Assembly (NCBI GenBank): GCA_041659805.1 | Contig: JBAZXP010000001.1 | Coordinates: forward strand, 256,589 to 320,588 | Direction: 5' to 3' | Source of the DNA: Microgenomates group bacterium | GTDB taxonomy: Bacteria > Patescibacteriota > Microgenomatia > Daviesbacterales > UBA10151 | DNA: 64,000 nucleotides | In this document: piece by piece, positions 38,876 through 48,039 of the stretch | How the letters are laid out: every line of letters begins with the position of its first letter | Numbering within the stretch: the first letter of the stretch is position 1 | Notes under the pieces: generated by a model | What the model was told of the DNA's origin: nothing | Seen by the model: only the letters and a program-made list of their open reading frames with translations | Databases searched by the model: none | Program-made: the position numbers and the translations under genes

Positions 38876-40575
38876 AATCATTTTTACCAAATTTTAAACC
38901 CCACACTGGAAATGTGCCTACGCATCAAGGATTACGGATTATTCCTTTAGGTGGAGTCGGTGATGTGACCAAAAATATGTATATTTATGAATACGGACGG
39001 GACATTATCATCATCGATTGTGGAGTTGGTTTTCCGGATGAGGCAATGTTAGGTGTGGATTTAGTAATTCCTGATATAACTTATCTCAAAGACAAAGTTG
39101 ATCGGATTAAAGCGATTATTATTACTCACCCTCATGATGATCATATCGGAGGCCTGGTTTATATTTGGCCGGAGCTAAAATGCCCAATTTATGCAACTAA
39201 ATTAGCAGTTGGCTTTATTAAAAACAAATTTATTGAAGCAAAATTGCCCAAAGATCCAATTCATGAGATTGATCCGGAAAATAAGTTGAATCTGGGAACA
39301 TTCTTGGTGTCTTTTTACCGCGTTTCACATTCCGTGCCTGATTCAGTAGGGATTGTAATTGATACGCCTGCAGGTAGAGTAATTCACCAATCTGATTTTA
39401 AATTAGACTGGACACCAATTATTGGAGTTCCCACGGAAATTGGTAAAATCGCCAGATATGCTGAGAAAGGCATAGATTTATTGTTGATAGATGCGCTGGG
39501 ATCAGAAAAACAAGGCTATAACGAACCTGAAAGAAATATTTTACCCACATTTAAGAGAATAGCTGAAGAGACTAAGGGTAAAATGTTGCTTACCACAGCG
39601 AGTTCCAATATTTCAAGAATTCAGATGGCAATTAATGTGGCAGTAGAAGCAGGTAGAAAAGTGTCTTTAGTAGGCAGATCAATGGAAAGCAATTTTCAGG
39701 TGGCCCGTGATTTGGGATATTTGCATATTCCCCCGGGAGTTATTATTCCTCAGGAAGAGGTGAGACGTTATGCAGATAATAAGCTACTTCTAATTATTGC
39801 CGGTTCACAAGGTCAGCCGGGATCAGCTTTATCCAGAGTTGCCAATAATGATCACAAATATATTTTCTTAAAAAAAGACGACACAGTTATTTTTTCAGCA
39901 GACCCGATTCCTTCAACAGAAACAGCACAGCATAATTTAATTGATAAACTCGCCAAAATGGGAGTAGATGTTAGGTACCGGGAAATGGAAGATTCTCTTC
40001 ATGTTTCAGGTCATGAAACATCAGAAGAAATAAAGATGATGATTAATATTATCAAGCCAAAAGCCTTGGTTCCGATCGGAGCGACCTTTAGGGGAATGGT
40101 GGCTTTTTCCAAACTTGCTAAAGATTTAGGTTACGGCGATCGCCAGATATTATTAGCGGAAGACGGGCAAATTATTAATATGGTTTCAGGGTCTTCTCAT
40201 ATTGATGGCAGGGTTGAAGTCCGGAATATTTATGTGGATGGATTGGGAATAGGAGATGTGGGGAACGTAATTTTAAGGGATCGAAAAGTGATGTCTGAGG
40301 AGGGAATAGTTTTGGTTATTGTACCTGTTGATGCTCACACTAGCCAACTCGTTGGAGAACCTGATATAGTAACCCGTGGGTTTGTTTTTGAAAGAGAAGC
40401 AGAAGAGCTTTTGTCAAAAGCCAGATCTGTTGTGAAATCATGCCTGGCTGATCATCCAAATGCTTTGCTTGATTGGAGATTTATCAGGTCTCATATTGAA
40501 GAAAATTTAGATAAATTCTTCTTTGAAGAGATACACCGCAGACCCATGATTTTGCCACTAATTGTGGAAGTTTAA
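38872..40575 (+). CDS. rnj: Ribonuclease J (metallo-beta-lactamase/beta-CASP RNase).
   Basis: HPHDDHIGG motif, beta-CASP region, and a C-terminal domain. 567 aa. Confidence 0.85.
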   Translation: MKSFLPNFKPHTGNVPTHQGLRIIPLGGVGDVTKNMYIYEYGRDIIIIDCGVGFPDEAMLGVDLVIPDITYLKDKVDRIKAIIITHPHDDHIGGLVYIWPELKCPIYATKLAVGFIKNKFIEAKLPKDPIHEIDPENKLNLGTFLVSFYRVSHSVPDSVGIVIDTPAGRVIHQSDFKLDWTPIIGVPTEIGKIARYAEKGIDLLLIDALGSEKQGYNEPERNILPTFKRIAEETKGKMLLTTASSNISRIQMAINVAVEAGRKVSLVGRSMESNFQVARDLGYLHIPPGVIIPQEEVRRYADNKLLLIIAGSQGQPGSALSRVANNDHKYIFLKKDDTVIFSADPIPSTETAQHNLIDKLAKMGVDVRYREMEDSLHVSGHETSEEIKMMINIIKPKALVPIGATFRGMVAFSKLAKDLGYGDRQILLAEDGQIINMVSGSSHIDGRVEVRNIYVDGLGIGDVGNVILRDRKVMSEEGIVLVIVPVDAHTSQLVGEPDIVTRGFVFEREAEELLSKARSVVKSCLADHPNALLDWRFIRSHIEENLDKFFFEEIHRRPMILPLIVEV

Positions 40576-40618
40576 TCAACCTATAGTTAAAATATGTGTG
40601 GTATAATAAGGAGGTAAT

Positions 40619-42736
40619 ATGTCCAGAAGACGTTCAATGTATTCACTGCCAAAATTGAAATTAAAACAAAAAACAATTATCACTATTGGTACTGTTATAG
40701 CATTTATCTTTGCAATTATTTCCGGAGTCTCATTGGTAACTCAAACCCCAAAACTTCTTTTTTGGCAACAATTCTTAACAAGTAATTTAGGTTGGACAGC
40801 TTATTTTGCCCCAATTATTTTCTTTGTTTCAGGACTTGTCTTGCAAAGATTTAAATGGCAATTTGCCCAACCGAATGTTCTTGTCGGTCTAATTACGATT
40901 ATGATTTCTTTGTCTTCTTTGACAGCCCCTATCTCAGTTTCGGGTGCCGGAGAAATTGGCTCGTTAATCTGGGACGAGCTTTTCAGTATAGTCACAGGTT
41001 TCGGAGCGATTGCTGTTTTATTTGGAATTTTGATTGTGGGAATGGTAGTTCTTTTTAATACTTCTGCCTCACAGGTTTTAGCAATTCTTGCGGGCATCTT
41101 TAAATTTGCTAAAGAGAAAATTTTTGCTCCGATATTCGGAATGTTTAAAGGATCTGGTTTGTCTGAACCGAGAAAAATTGCTATTAAAGTAACAGGCATG
41201 GATGAAAAGGCAAAACTTCCTGAAAAAACACAAAAAGAAACAGCTATTATGGCTGATGAATTGGTGCAAAATGTGGCCGGTCAGACCAAAATTTGGAAAT
41301 ATCCTCCAATTAGTTTATTGTCAGATAAGGTGGGAGCTCCGGCAGACAGAGGAGATGTTAAAAAGAATGCCTCAACAATTGAAAAAATGCTGGATGCTTT
41401 TGGAGTACAAGCTGAGGTGTCAGAAGTTAATGGTGGTCCGTCAGTAACTCAATATGCTTTAAAAATCTCAAGTGGAACCAAAATTGCCAAAATTACCAAT
41501 TTACAAAATGATTTAGCTATGGCTTTAGCTGCCAGAACAGGTACTGTCAGGGTGGAAGCGCCGATTCCGGGCAAGTCTTTAGTTGGTATTGAGGTGCCTA
41601 ATAAAACATTGGAAATTGTCGGTCTAAAAACTATTTTAGCCTCAGATGATATGCAAAAACAAAAAAGCAAATTGGCAATTGCTTTAGGAAGGGATACGTC
41701 TTCCAAGGAAATGATTGTGGATCTTGCTAAAATGCCTCACTGTTTAGTCGCAGGAACAACCGGATCAGGTAAATCAATCATGTTGAACGCACTAATCGCG
41801 TCGCTTTTATATCGTAATTCACCTGAAGAATTAAAACTTATTTTAGTCGATCCTAAAAGAGTAGAGATGTCTAATTACAATGGAATCCCGCATTTGTTAA
41901 CACCGGTTATTAATGAACCGGAAAAAATTCTGTCAGCTTTAAAATGGACCATGGCAGAAATGGACAGAAGATATAAAACTTTTCAATCTGTGGGGGTCAG
42001 AAATATTCAAGGTTATAACGAGATGTCAGGTTTTCAGGCTTTACCTTATATTGTTTTGGTGATTGATGAATTGGCAGATCTAATGATTTTTGCCCCTGTT
42101 GAGGTGGAGGAAGCAATAACCCGTTTGGCTCAACTGGCTAGGGCAACAGGTATTCATTTGGTTGTGGCTACGCAACGTCCGTCTGTTGATGTTATTACCG
42201 GTTTAATTAAGGCAAATATTCCATGTCGAATCGCATTCACAGTTTCTTCCATGGTTGATTCACGGGTTATTATTGATTCACCAGGAGCAGAAAAACTGCT
42301 TGGTCGTGGAGATATGTTATTCTTGCCGCCAGATGCTTCCAAGCCAATGCGTATTCAGGGAGTTTTTGTGTCTGACGCGGAACTTAATAATTTAATCGAT
42401 TTCTTGAAATCTACCGGTGTGGCTCCTCAATATACGGCAGAGGTAACAGAAATGCCGATTAGTAAAGTCGGAGGAAGAGGTGGTAGTGGGGGAGGGGTAG
42501 GTGAGCTGGATGACCATTTTGAAGATGCAGTTAGAACTATTTGTCAGTATGGTAAGGCTTCAGCCTCGCTATTACAACGAAGGCTTGGGGTGGGGTATGC
42601 CAGAGCAGCTAAGATGTTGGATCAACTGGAAGAAGCAGGTATTGTGGGAGCAGCAGATGGTTCAAAACCGAGAGATGTTTTGATAAAAAATGCTGATGAA
42701 TACTTTGCTCAAAGAAATAATTCAGCTGAAAGCTAA
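40619..42736 (+). CDS. ftsK: DNA translocase FtsK/SpoIIIE.
   Basis: N-terminal transmembrane helices, the motor domain (HCLVAGTTGSGKS, VLVIDELADL), and a C-terminal winged-helix gamma domain. Shine-Dalgarno sequence AAGGAGGT. Confidence 0.9.
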   Translation: MSRRRSMYSLPKLKLKQKTIITIGTVIAFIFAIISGVSLVTQTPKLLFWQQFLTSNLGWTAYFAPIIFFVSGLVLQRFKWQFAQPNVLVGLITIMISLSSLTAPISVSGAGEIGSLIWDELFSIVTGFGAIAVLFGILIVGMVVLFNTSASQVLAILAGIFKFAKEKIFAPIFGMFKGSGLSEPRKIAIKVTGMDEKAKLPEKTQKETAIMADELVQNVAGQTKIWKYPPISLLSDKVGAPADRGDVKKNASTIEKMLDAFGVQAEVSEVNGGPSVTQYALKISSGTKIAKITNLQNDLAMALAARTGTVRVEAPIPGKSLVGIEVPNKTLEIVGLKTILASDDMQKQKSKLAIALGRDTSSKEMIVDLAKMPHCLVAGTTGSGKSIMLNALIASLLYRNSPEELKLILVDPKRVEMSNYNGIPHLLTPVINEPEKILSALKWTMAEMDRRYKTFQSVGVRNIQGYNEMSGFQALPYIVLVIDELADLMIFAPVEVEEAITRLAQLARATGIHLVVATQRPSVDVITGLIKANIPCRIAFTVSSMVDSRVIIDSPGAEKLLGRGDMLFLPPDASKPMRIQGVFVSDAELNNLIDFLKSTGVAPQYTAEVTEMPISKVGGRGGSGGGVGELDDHFEDAVRTICQYGKASASLLQRRLGVGYARAAKMLDQLEEAGIVGAADGSKPRDVLIKNADEYFAQRNNSAES

Positions 42737-43467
42737 TAAGTTGTAGGTGGTTGGGATAAAAAATCTGAAGCTTTTGGAGAATCATCTATTTCACTTTCAT
42801 CATCGGTATTTGCTAATTCTTCTGGTTCTTCCTTGTCCGGCATAGCTTCGTCCGACGCCATAGGCTCTGGCCGACGGCTGTCAGTGTCGGCGGATTCTTC
42901 ATCAACAGGAGTAGCGCTGGAGCTTAAATTTTCTAAAAGATTATCAATTGGGCTCATGGCGGACATAAAACGTTTTTCCTCTTCCTGCTTTCTTTTTCTT
43001 TCAATGGCTGCGTCCGCTGCTTCTTTAAAATTTTCAAATTGAGGCTGTGTTAAATGAGTATAAGCAAGGATGACCTTGTTAACACAATTTTGCCCATCGT
43101 TTTCCAGTTTTTTAATATTATTAAAAAGCATAATATAAAAATCCTGGCCTGTGTCTGGTTGTTTGCTGTGATTGATTTCTACTTCATAATTTTCTAAATC
43201 CATCCTGTAATGATCTTCTATTGAGGTAATATCGAATTTATTTAGATCCGTGTGGGTGACTGTTAATTTATCCTGATTTATTAAATCTACTAACTGGTTT
43301 AAATATTTTTCTGCTTTTTCACCGTCTCCGGCTGGAGGAGGAGGTTCTTGCGGAGCTTCTGAGGCAGGAACAGGCTCTTCTTGAGGGATATCTGTATTGG
43401 AATTAGTGTTTGGGGTAGTATCGTCGAGCATTCCTCTAATATTAGGAAAGTACCCTAAAAACGTCAA
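42733..43467 (-). CDS. Acidic Pro/Glu/Asp-rich hypothetical protein.
   Basis: ORF convergent with ftsK. Low-complexity termini flank a central globular region. Confidence 0.4.
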   Translation of the reverse strand: MTFLGYFPNIRGMLDDTTPNTNSNTDIPQEEPVPASEAPQEPPPPAGDGEKAEKYLNQLVDLINQDKLTVTHTDLNKFDITSIEDHYRMDLENYEVEINHSKQPDTGQDFYIMLFNNIKKLENDGQNCVNKVILAYTHLTQPQFENFKEAADAAIERKRKQEEEKRFMSAMSPIDNLLENLSSSATPVDEESADTDSRRPEPMASDEAMPDKEEPEELANTDDESEIDDSPKASDFLSQPPTTY

Positions 43468-43556
43468 TAAGTCTTTATTAGATAGAAATCTAACTTAATA
43501 GCTCATCTTTGCTTGAATGTTCAAGGCATAGGTAGGATAATAGGGATTATTAAATT

Positions 43557-44195
43557 ATGAGAACTGTTGGGCAGATTTTAAAAGAAGCCAGAGAGCAAAA
43601 AGTATATACCCTTGAGCAAGTAGAAAAAGCAATCAAGATCAGAAAAGAGATGCTGATTGCACTTGAATCAGATAATTATAAAAAGCTACCTCCACCTACA
43701 TTTGTTCGGGGTTTTATTAAAAATTATGCTACTTTTTTAGGGTTAGATTCTTCTAAGTTGCTGGCAATATTCAGAAGAGAATTTGCAGAAGATAGGCATA
43801 AACCATATGTGATGGATGCTTTTTCTAATCCTGTTGAAACTCCTAAATTTAAGCTTACTCCTAGCCAGTTGCTTGGTGGGGTGGTTGTTCTAATAGTATT
43901 ATCTTTTTTTATCTACCTTTGGGTACAATACCGCAGTTTAGTTGGCGCTCCTCAACTTTCTATAGTTTCTCCAGTTGATCAAATGACAGTCAATGATCCA
44001 AATTTAGGGGTAATAGGAAAAACAGATCCAGAAGTAAAAGTATTGGTAAACAGTCAGGAGATTACAGTTGATAGTAATGGTGATTTTAAGGAAACTATAA
44101 ATTTAAGTTCCCAGGTTAATAAAATTACCATTGATGCTGTTTCCAAATTTGGACAAAAAACCCAAACAGAAAGGACAGTTTACCTAAAGAGGTAG
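43557..44195 (+). CDS. rodZ: RodZ-like membrane protein with an XRE-type helix-turn-helix (HTH) domain.
   Basis: The N-terminal HTH (MRTVGQILKEAREQKVYTLEQVEKAIKIR) is followed by a transmembrane helix and an extracytoplasmic beta domain. Confidence 0.5.
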   Translation: MRTVGQILKEAREQKVYTLEQVEKAIKIRKEMLIALESDNYKKLPPPTFVRGFIKNYATFLGLDSSKLLAIFRREFAEDRHKPYVMDAFSNPVETPKFKLTPSQLLGGVVVLIVLSFFIYLWVQYRSLVGAPQLSIVSPVDQMTVNDPNLGVIGKTDPEVKVLVNSQEITVDSNGDFKETINLSSQVNKITIDAVSKFGQKTQTERTVYLKR

Positions 44196-44308
44196 CGAGA
44201 GGCAAGCTTTACTTATTTAAAAAGATAATCAGGATAAAGTAGCGTAGATGCGGCGGATTTCCCTTGTGATATTGAAATTCATTACCGTTTATAGTATATA
44301 ATTTACTT

Positions 44309-44602
44309 ATGAATGAAAGAATGCTAACAGCAGATCAATTAGAATCAATAAGAGTGGCTCAAGAAGAAGCAAATAAGATAAAAGAAATGCCTGCAGAAGA
44401 ATTTCATGGATTACTCCAAATAGAAGGAGTAAGAAGTGGTTTATGTTTGGTTAGTGTAGGTATTTTAGATAAAGAAGAATTTCCTTTTAATCCCCCTGAT
44501 CGAATCTTGTTAGATGCACTTGATGCTAGGCTTAAAAATCAAGGAATAGATGTAAGAGATAGGGAATGTTGGAAAAAATTATACGGTGTTGAATTAGTTT
44601 AA
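44309..44602 (+). CDS. Hypothetical protein (97 aa).
   Basis: Preceded by a TATAAT box at 44290-44295. No recognised motifs. Confidence 0.35.
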   Translation: MNERMLTADQLESIRVAQEEANKIKEMPAEEFHGLLQIEGVRSGLCLVSVGILDKEEFPFNPPDRILLDALDARLKNQGIDVRDRECWKKLYGVELV

Positions 44603-46393
44603 CGTAGCATAAATTCTTCTTATTCCAGCTGAAGCAGATTCTTCTTTAATGATTTTAAATTTTCCTAATTCTCCGGTATTTTTAACATGAGGACCGCCGC
44701 AGATTTCTTTACTGAAACCTTCGACTGAATAGACTGTTACTTGATTACCATATTTATCCAGAAAAAATCCTAAAGCACCTGATTCTAAAGCTTTTTGTTT
44801 ATCCATAATTTCAGAAGTTACAGGCAGATTTTCCTGAATTTTTTCATTAACCAAATCTTCAATTTCTTCCAGTTGTAAATCTGTTAATTTCTCTTTTTGG
44901 GAAAAATCAAATCTTAATCTGTCTGCTGTGATATTACTGCCTTTTTGGGCAACATCATCACCCAAAATTTTTCTAAGTGCAGCATTTAAAAGATGTGTGG
45001 CTGTGTGATATTTGGTAGCAGTTTCAGTTTGTTCTGTTAACCCTCCTTTAAACATTCCTGCAGAAGCAGTTCTGGATAATTCTTTATGATGATCAAACTC
45101 TTTTTCAAATTCTTCGTGATTTACCTCTTGTCCTTTTAACTTAAATAATTCTTCTGTAATTTCTAAAGGGAAACCAAAGGTTTGATAAAGATCAAAAGCA
45201 ATTTTTCCATTAATATTTTCTATTTTATTTATTTCTTTTAATCCTTGATCCAGAGTTTTGGCAAAACGGTTAAGCTCATCTGCCACTACTGCAAAAACAG
45301 ATTTGGAGTCTTCTTCTACATTGATATTATAATTGCCTTCATAAATAGTTAAAATAGTTTCGATAATTTCCATAATACTTTCAGTGTTCCAGATTTTGCC
45401 GGAAAGCTGATGCATTTTTACCATAGAGCGGCGTAGTAGTCTTCTTAAAACATAACCCTGCATTTTATTGGAAGGAAGCACTCCATCAAGAATTAAAAAA
45501 GTAGAAGCTTTAAAATGATCAGCAATAATTCTAAATTGAATTCTTATATCAACCCAACATTGTTTATCATCATTGATATAATCACAATCGGCTTTTTCTC
45601 CGTATTCTAACCCTGTAATTTTTTCAATTTTTTGAATAATAGGCCAAAATAATTCGGTCATATAATCATCGTTTAGATTGTTAGTTAAAGCTAAAGCACG
45701 TTCTAAGCCCATACCAGTATCTACATTTTGTTGGCTTAGTTTTTCAAATTTTCCGTTTTCCAGCTTGTTATATTGCATGAAAACATCATTCCAGATTTCT
45801 ACCCATTCTTTATTCTCTGGATCAAAGTTTTTTGGAGCATCACCTTTTCCAGTCCAAATAAACATTTCAGAATCTGGTCCACAGGGACCACTATTTCCCA
45901 CAGGTCCCCACCAATTATCTTTTTTAGGAAGTTTAGCAATTCTGTCTTCTGAGATTCCTAGATCTTTCCAGATTGCAAAAGATTCATTATCAAAAGGAGC
46001 ATCCGTGTCACCAACAAATACAGAAATTCCTAATTTTTCTTTGGGTAAATTTAAATAATCTTTTGAAGTTAAAAATTCATAGCTCCATTTAATGGCGTCT
46101 TCTTTGAAGTAATCACCAAGACTCCAGTTGCCCAGCATTTCAAAAAAAGTATGATGACAAACATCTCCCACTTCATCAATATCATCCGTTCTTAAACATT
46201 TTTGAACATCTGCTAATCTTTTTCCTTCGGGATGTTTTTCTCCCAGTAAATAGGGAACTAAAGGATGCATACCAGCTGTGGTAAATAAAACTGAAGGATC
46301 GTTTTCCGGCACCAAAGGAGCCGAAGGGATAACTTTATGATTTTTCTTCTGGAAAAATTCCAAATATTTTTGTCTTAATTCTTTTGCTGTCAT
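44594..46393 (-). CDS. alaS: Alanine--tRNA ligase, a compact form without the C-Ala domain.
   Basis: Class II catalytic core (FTTAGM, HHTFFEMLGNWS), an editing-domain HTATHLL motif, and ...CGGPHV. The internal ATG (MTAKELRQKYLEFF) is preferred over the track start. Confidence 0.85.
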   Translation of the reverse strand: MTAKELRQKYLEFFQKKNHKVIPSAPLVPENDPSVLFTTAGMHPLVPYLLGEKHPEGKRLADVQKCLRTDDIDEVGDVCHHTFFEMLGNWSLGDYFKEDAIKWSYEFLTSKDYLNLPKEKLGISVFVGDTDAPFDNESFAIWKDLGISEDRIAKLPKKDNWWGPVGNSGPCGPDSEMFIWTGKGDAPKNFDPENKEWVEIWNDVFMQYNKLENGKFEKLSQQNVDTGMGLERALALTNNLNDDYMTELFWPIIQKIEKITGLEYGEKADCDYINDDKQCWVDIRIQFRIIADHFKASTFLILDGVLPSNKMQGYVLRRLLRRSMVKMHQLSGKIWNTESIMEIIETILTIYEGNYNINVEEDSKSVFAVVADELNRFAKTLDQGLKEINKIENINGKIAFDLYQTFGFPLEITEELFKLKGQEVNHEEFEKEFDHHKELSRTASAGMFKGGLTEQTETATKYHTATHLLNAALRKILGDDVAQKGSNITADRLRFDFSQKEKLTDLQLEEIEDLVNEKIQENLPVTSEIMDKQKALESGALGFFLDKYGNQVTVYSVEGFSKEICGGPHVKNTGELGKFKIIKEESASAGIRRIYATLN

Positions 46394-46418
46394 GAGGAGA
46401 TTATACCTTACAGTAATA

Positions 46419-47207
46419 TTACTTTGCACTCTCAACGATTCCTCTTAAAAAAGGAATGTCATTCCAAACTTCAGCAATTTTGTGATCTGCATAATGAGAA
46501 AAATCACTGTCCAGATTAGATCTGATTAAAGATGGTACACAGAATTTGGAACCGTGATCATTCCATGACAGGCTTATCAGATTTAAAAATCTGTGGGTAT
46601 GATTAGTTTCTGACGGCGAAATATTAACCATTTCCTGAAATATTTCTTGTCTGATATTTGAGGGGAGAAGAACAATTGCTTCAATGGCGAGTGATTGACT
46701 ATTGTGTGTTGTATTATCAAGGAGTCCTTTACCTGTTAGTAAATCCCGGGCGATACTTGGATCAGATGCAGCAAAAACAATTCTGGAGGAAACTTGTGTG
46801 GGTATAACTTCTAGAAAATCAGCCAAATAATGTCCTGTTGGAAGCATGATAGGAGAATGGCTATACCGAAAAGCTTCCATTAACTGCTCATTAAAAATGG
46901 ATGTGGTTACAAAAATATCTGCCAGTTGAAGTTGTTCTTCATAATTTTTTCCTTTTGGGATTTGTTCGATATCGCTTTCCCAAACTTTATTTCCAGAAAG
47001 AATATAATTTGCAAGATCTAACCGATCAAAGTGTCTGGATCTTTTTATCCGATGTGGAGCTATGAATTTATTCACGAGGCGGCTGATTATATTATCTGAA
47101 TGAGTTTGTGGATCGCTGTTCACTAATTTTACCAGCGAAACTACCCCATAATGTCCTTTTTTTATTTCCTGTTCCGCAAATCTATTTTTGGAGGTGAGCT
47201 CATTCAT
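46419..47207 (-). CDS. Hypothetical protein (262 aa), upstream of and co-oriented with alaS.
   Basis: ORF with no recognised motifs. Confidence 0.4.
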   Translation of the reverse strand: MNELTSKNRFAEQEIKKGHYGVVSLVKLVNSDPQTHSDNIISRLVNKFIAPHRIKRSRHFDRLDLANYILSGNKVWESDIEQIPKGKNYEEQLQLADIFVTTSIFNEQLMEAFRYSHSPIMLPTGHYLADFLEVIPTQVSSRIVFAASDPSIARDLLTGKGLLDNTTHNSQSLAIEAIVLLPSNIRQEIFQEMVNISPSETNHTHRFLNLISLSWNDHGSKFCVPSLIRSNLDSDFSHYADHKIAEVWNDIPFLRGIVESAK

Positions 47208-47251
47208 AATCTAGAATTATAGGATAAAAAGTTTTGATAGTCTACTAAGGA

Positions 47252-47566
47252 TTAATGCTTCAATGCTTCTAAGGCTGCTTCGCCTTCCTCTTCCATCTCA
47301 GCGAGCCTGGTGTAATAATCTGGAATTTCGTTTAAATGAGCCAAAGCAATTTTGCCTGTTTCAATTGGATCATCATTGGTGACATTAGTAGAAGGAGAAA
47401 TTGTGCCGTGTTCCAGCTCTACATCCAAACCCATCCTGAATTGCTCCACATCCCATCTACTCCAGTCAATTTTTAGCTCATCCCCGATTTGCTTAGCTTC
47501 ACTGGCAGTAAAAGTTGCTTTTGGCATATATAAAAAGTATAGCATAGATTTTTTTAGTGTTGACAA
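47252..47566 (-). CDS. Hypothetical acidic protein (104 aa).
   Basis: ORF with no recognised motifs. Confidence 0.4.
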   Translation of the reverse strand: MSTLKKSMLYFLYMPKATFTASEAKQIGDELKIDWSRWDVEQFRMGLDVELEHGTISPSTNVTNDDPIETGKIALAHLNEIPDYYTRLAEMEEEGEAALEALKH

Positions 47567-47594
47567 AAGAATAAATCACCCTATAATACGTCCT

Positions 47595-47975
47595 ATGTCT
47601 AGAGAACGGGAAAATAAAGTAGGTTGTTCAACTGGTGGTTGTGGTGGTTGTGGGTGTGTGATGACTGTCGGACTTGTGCTGACTCTTTTGGGCGCTGCTA
47701 TTGGCGGCAGAATTTCTGCAAGAATTCCTTTTACTGAAGCAAATGTTACTATTGCTGGTTCAGTAGGAGCAAAAGAATTAACCAGAGAGGCAACTCAATC
47801 AAAGTATATTACTTCCAGGATTGCCGGAAGTAATAATTTTATAAATAATACCAACACTTTAACTATAGGTGGTATTGAAGGATATGAAGTATTTATAGTT
47901 GGTCAACAAGAAGGCGCACCCTGGTTTGATTTAGGGATTGATATGGCAAGAAGAAGTGATTTGCTTGATAAATAA
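47595..47975 (+). CDS. Small hypothetical protein with an N-terminal Cys/Gly cluster (CSTGGCGGCGC).
   Basis: ATG at 47595, 6 nt after a TATAAT box. The upstream part of the track ORF overlaps the antisense gene and is rejected. Confidence 0.35.
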   Translation: MSRERENKVGCSTGGCGGCGCVMTVGLVLTLLGAAIGGRISARIPFTEANVTIAGSVGAKELTREATQSKYITSRIAGSNNFINNTNTLTIGGIEGYEVFIVGQQEGAPWFDLGIDMARRSDLLDK

Positions 47976-48039
47976 CCTTCACACTCTTAATCCACTTGGC
48001 TATTTTTTTTGTTTCTGCTAAACTAAAAATAAATAAAAA

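Noticed and set aside
40601-40621. TATAAT box immediately upstream of ftsK as a promoter.
   Set aside because: It sits only about 5 nt from the Shine-Dalgarno sequence, so a transcript from it would lack the ribosome-binding site. It is more likely AT-rich leader sequence.
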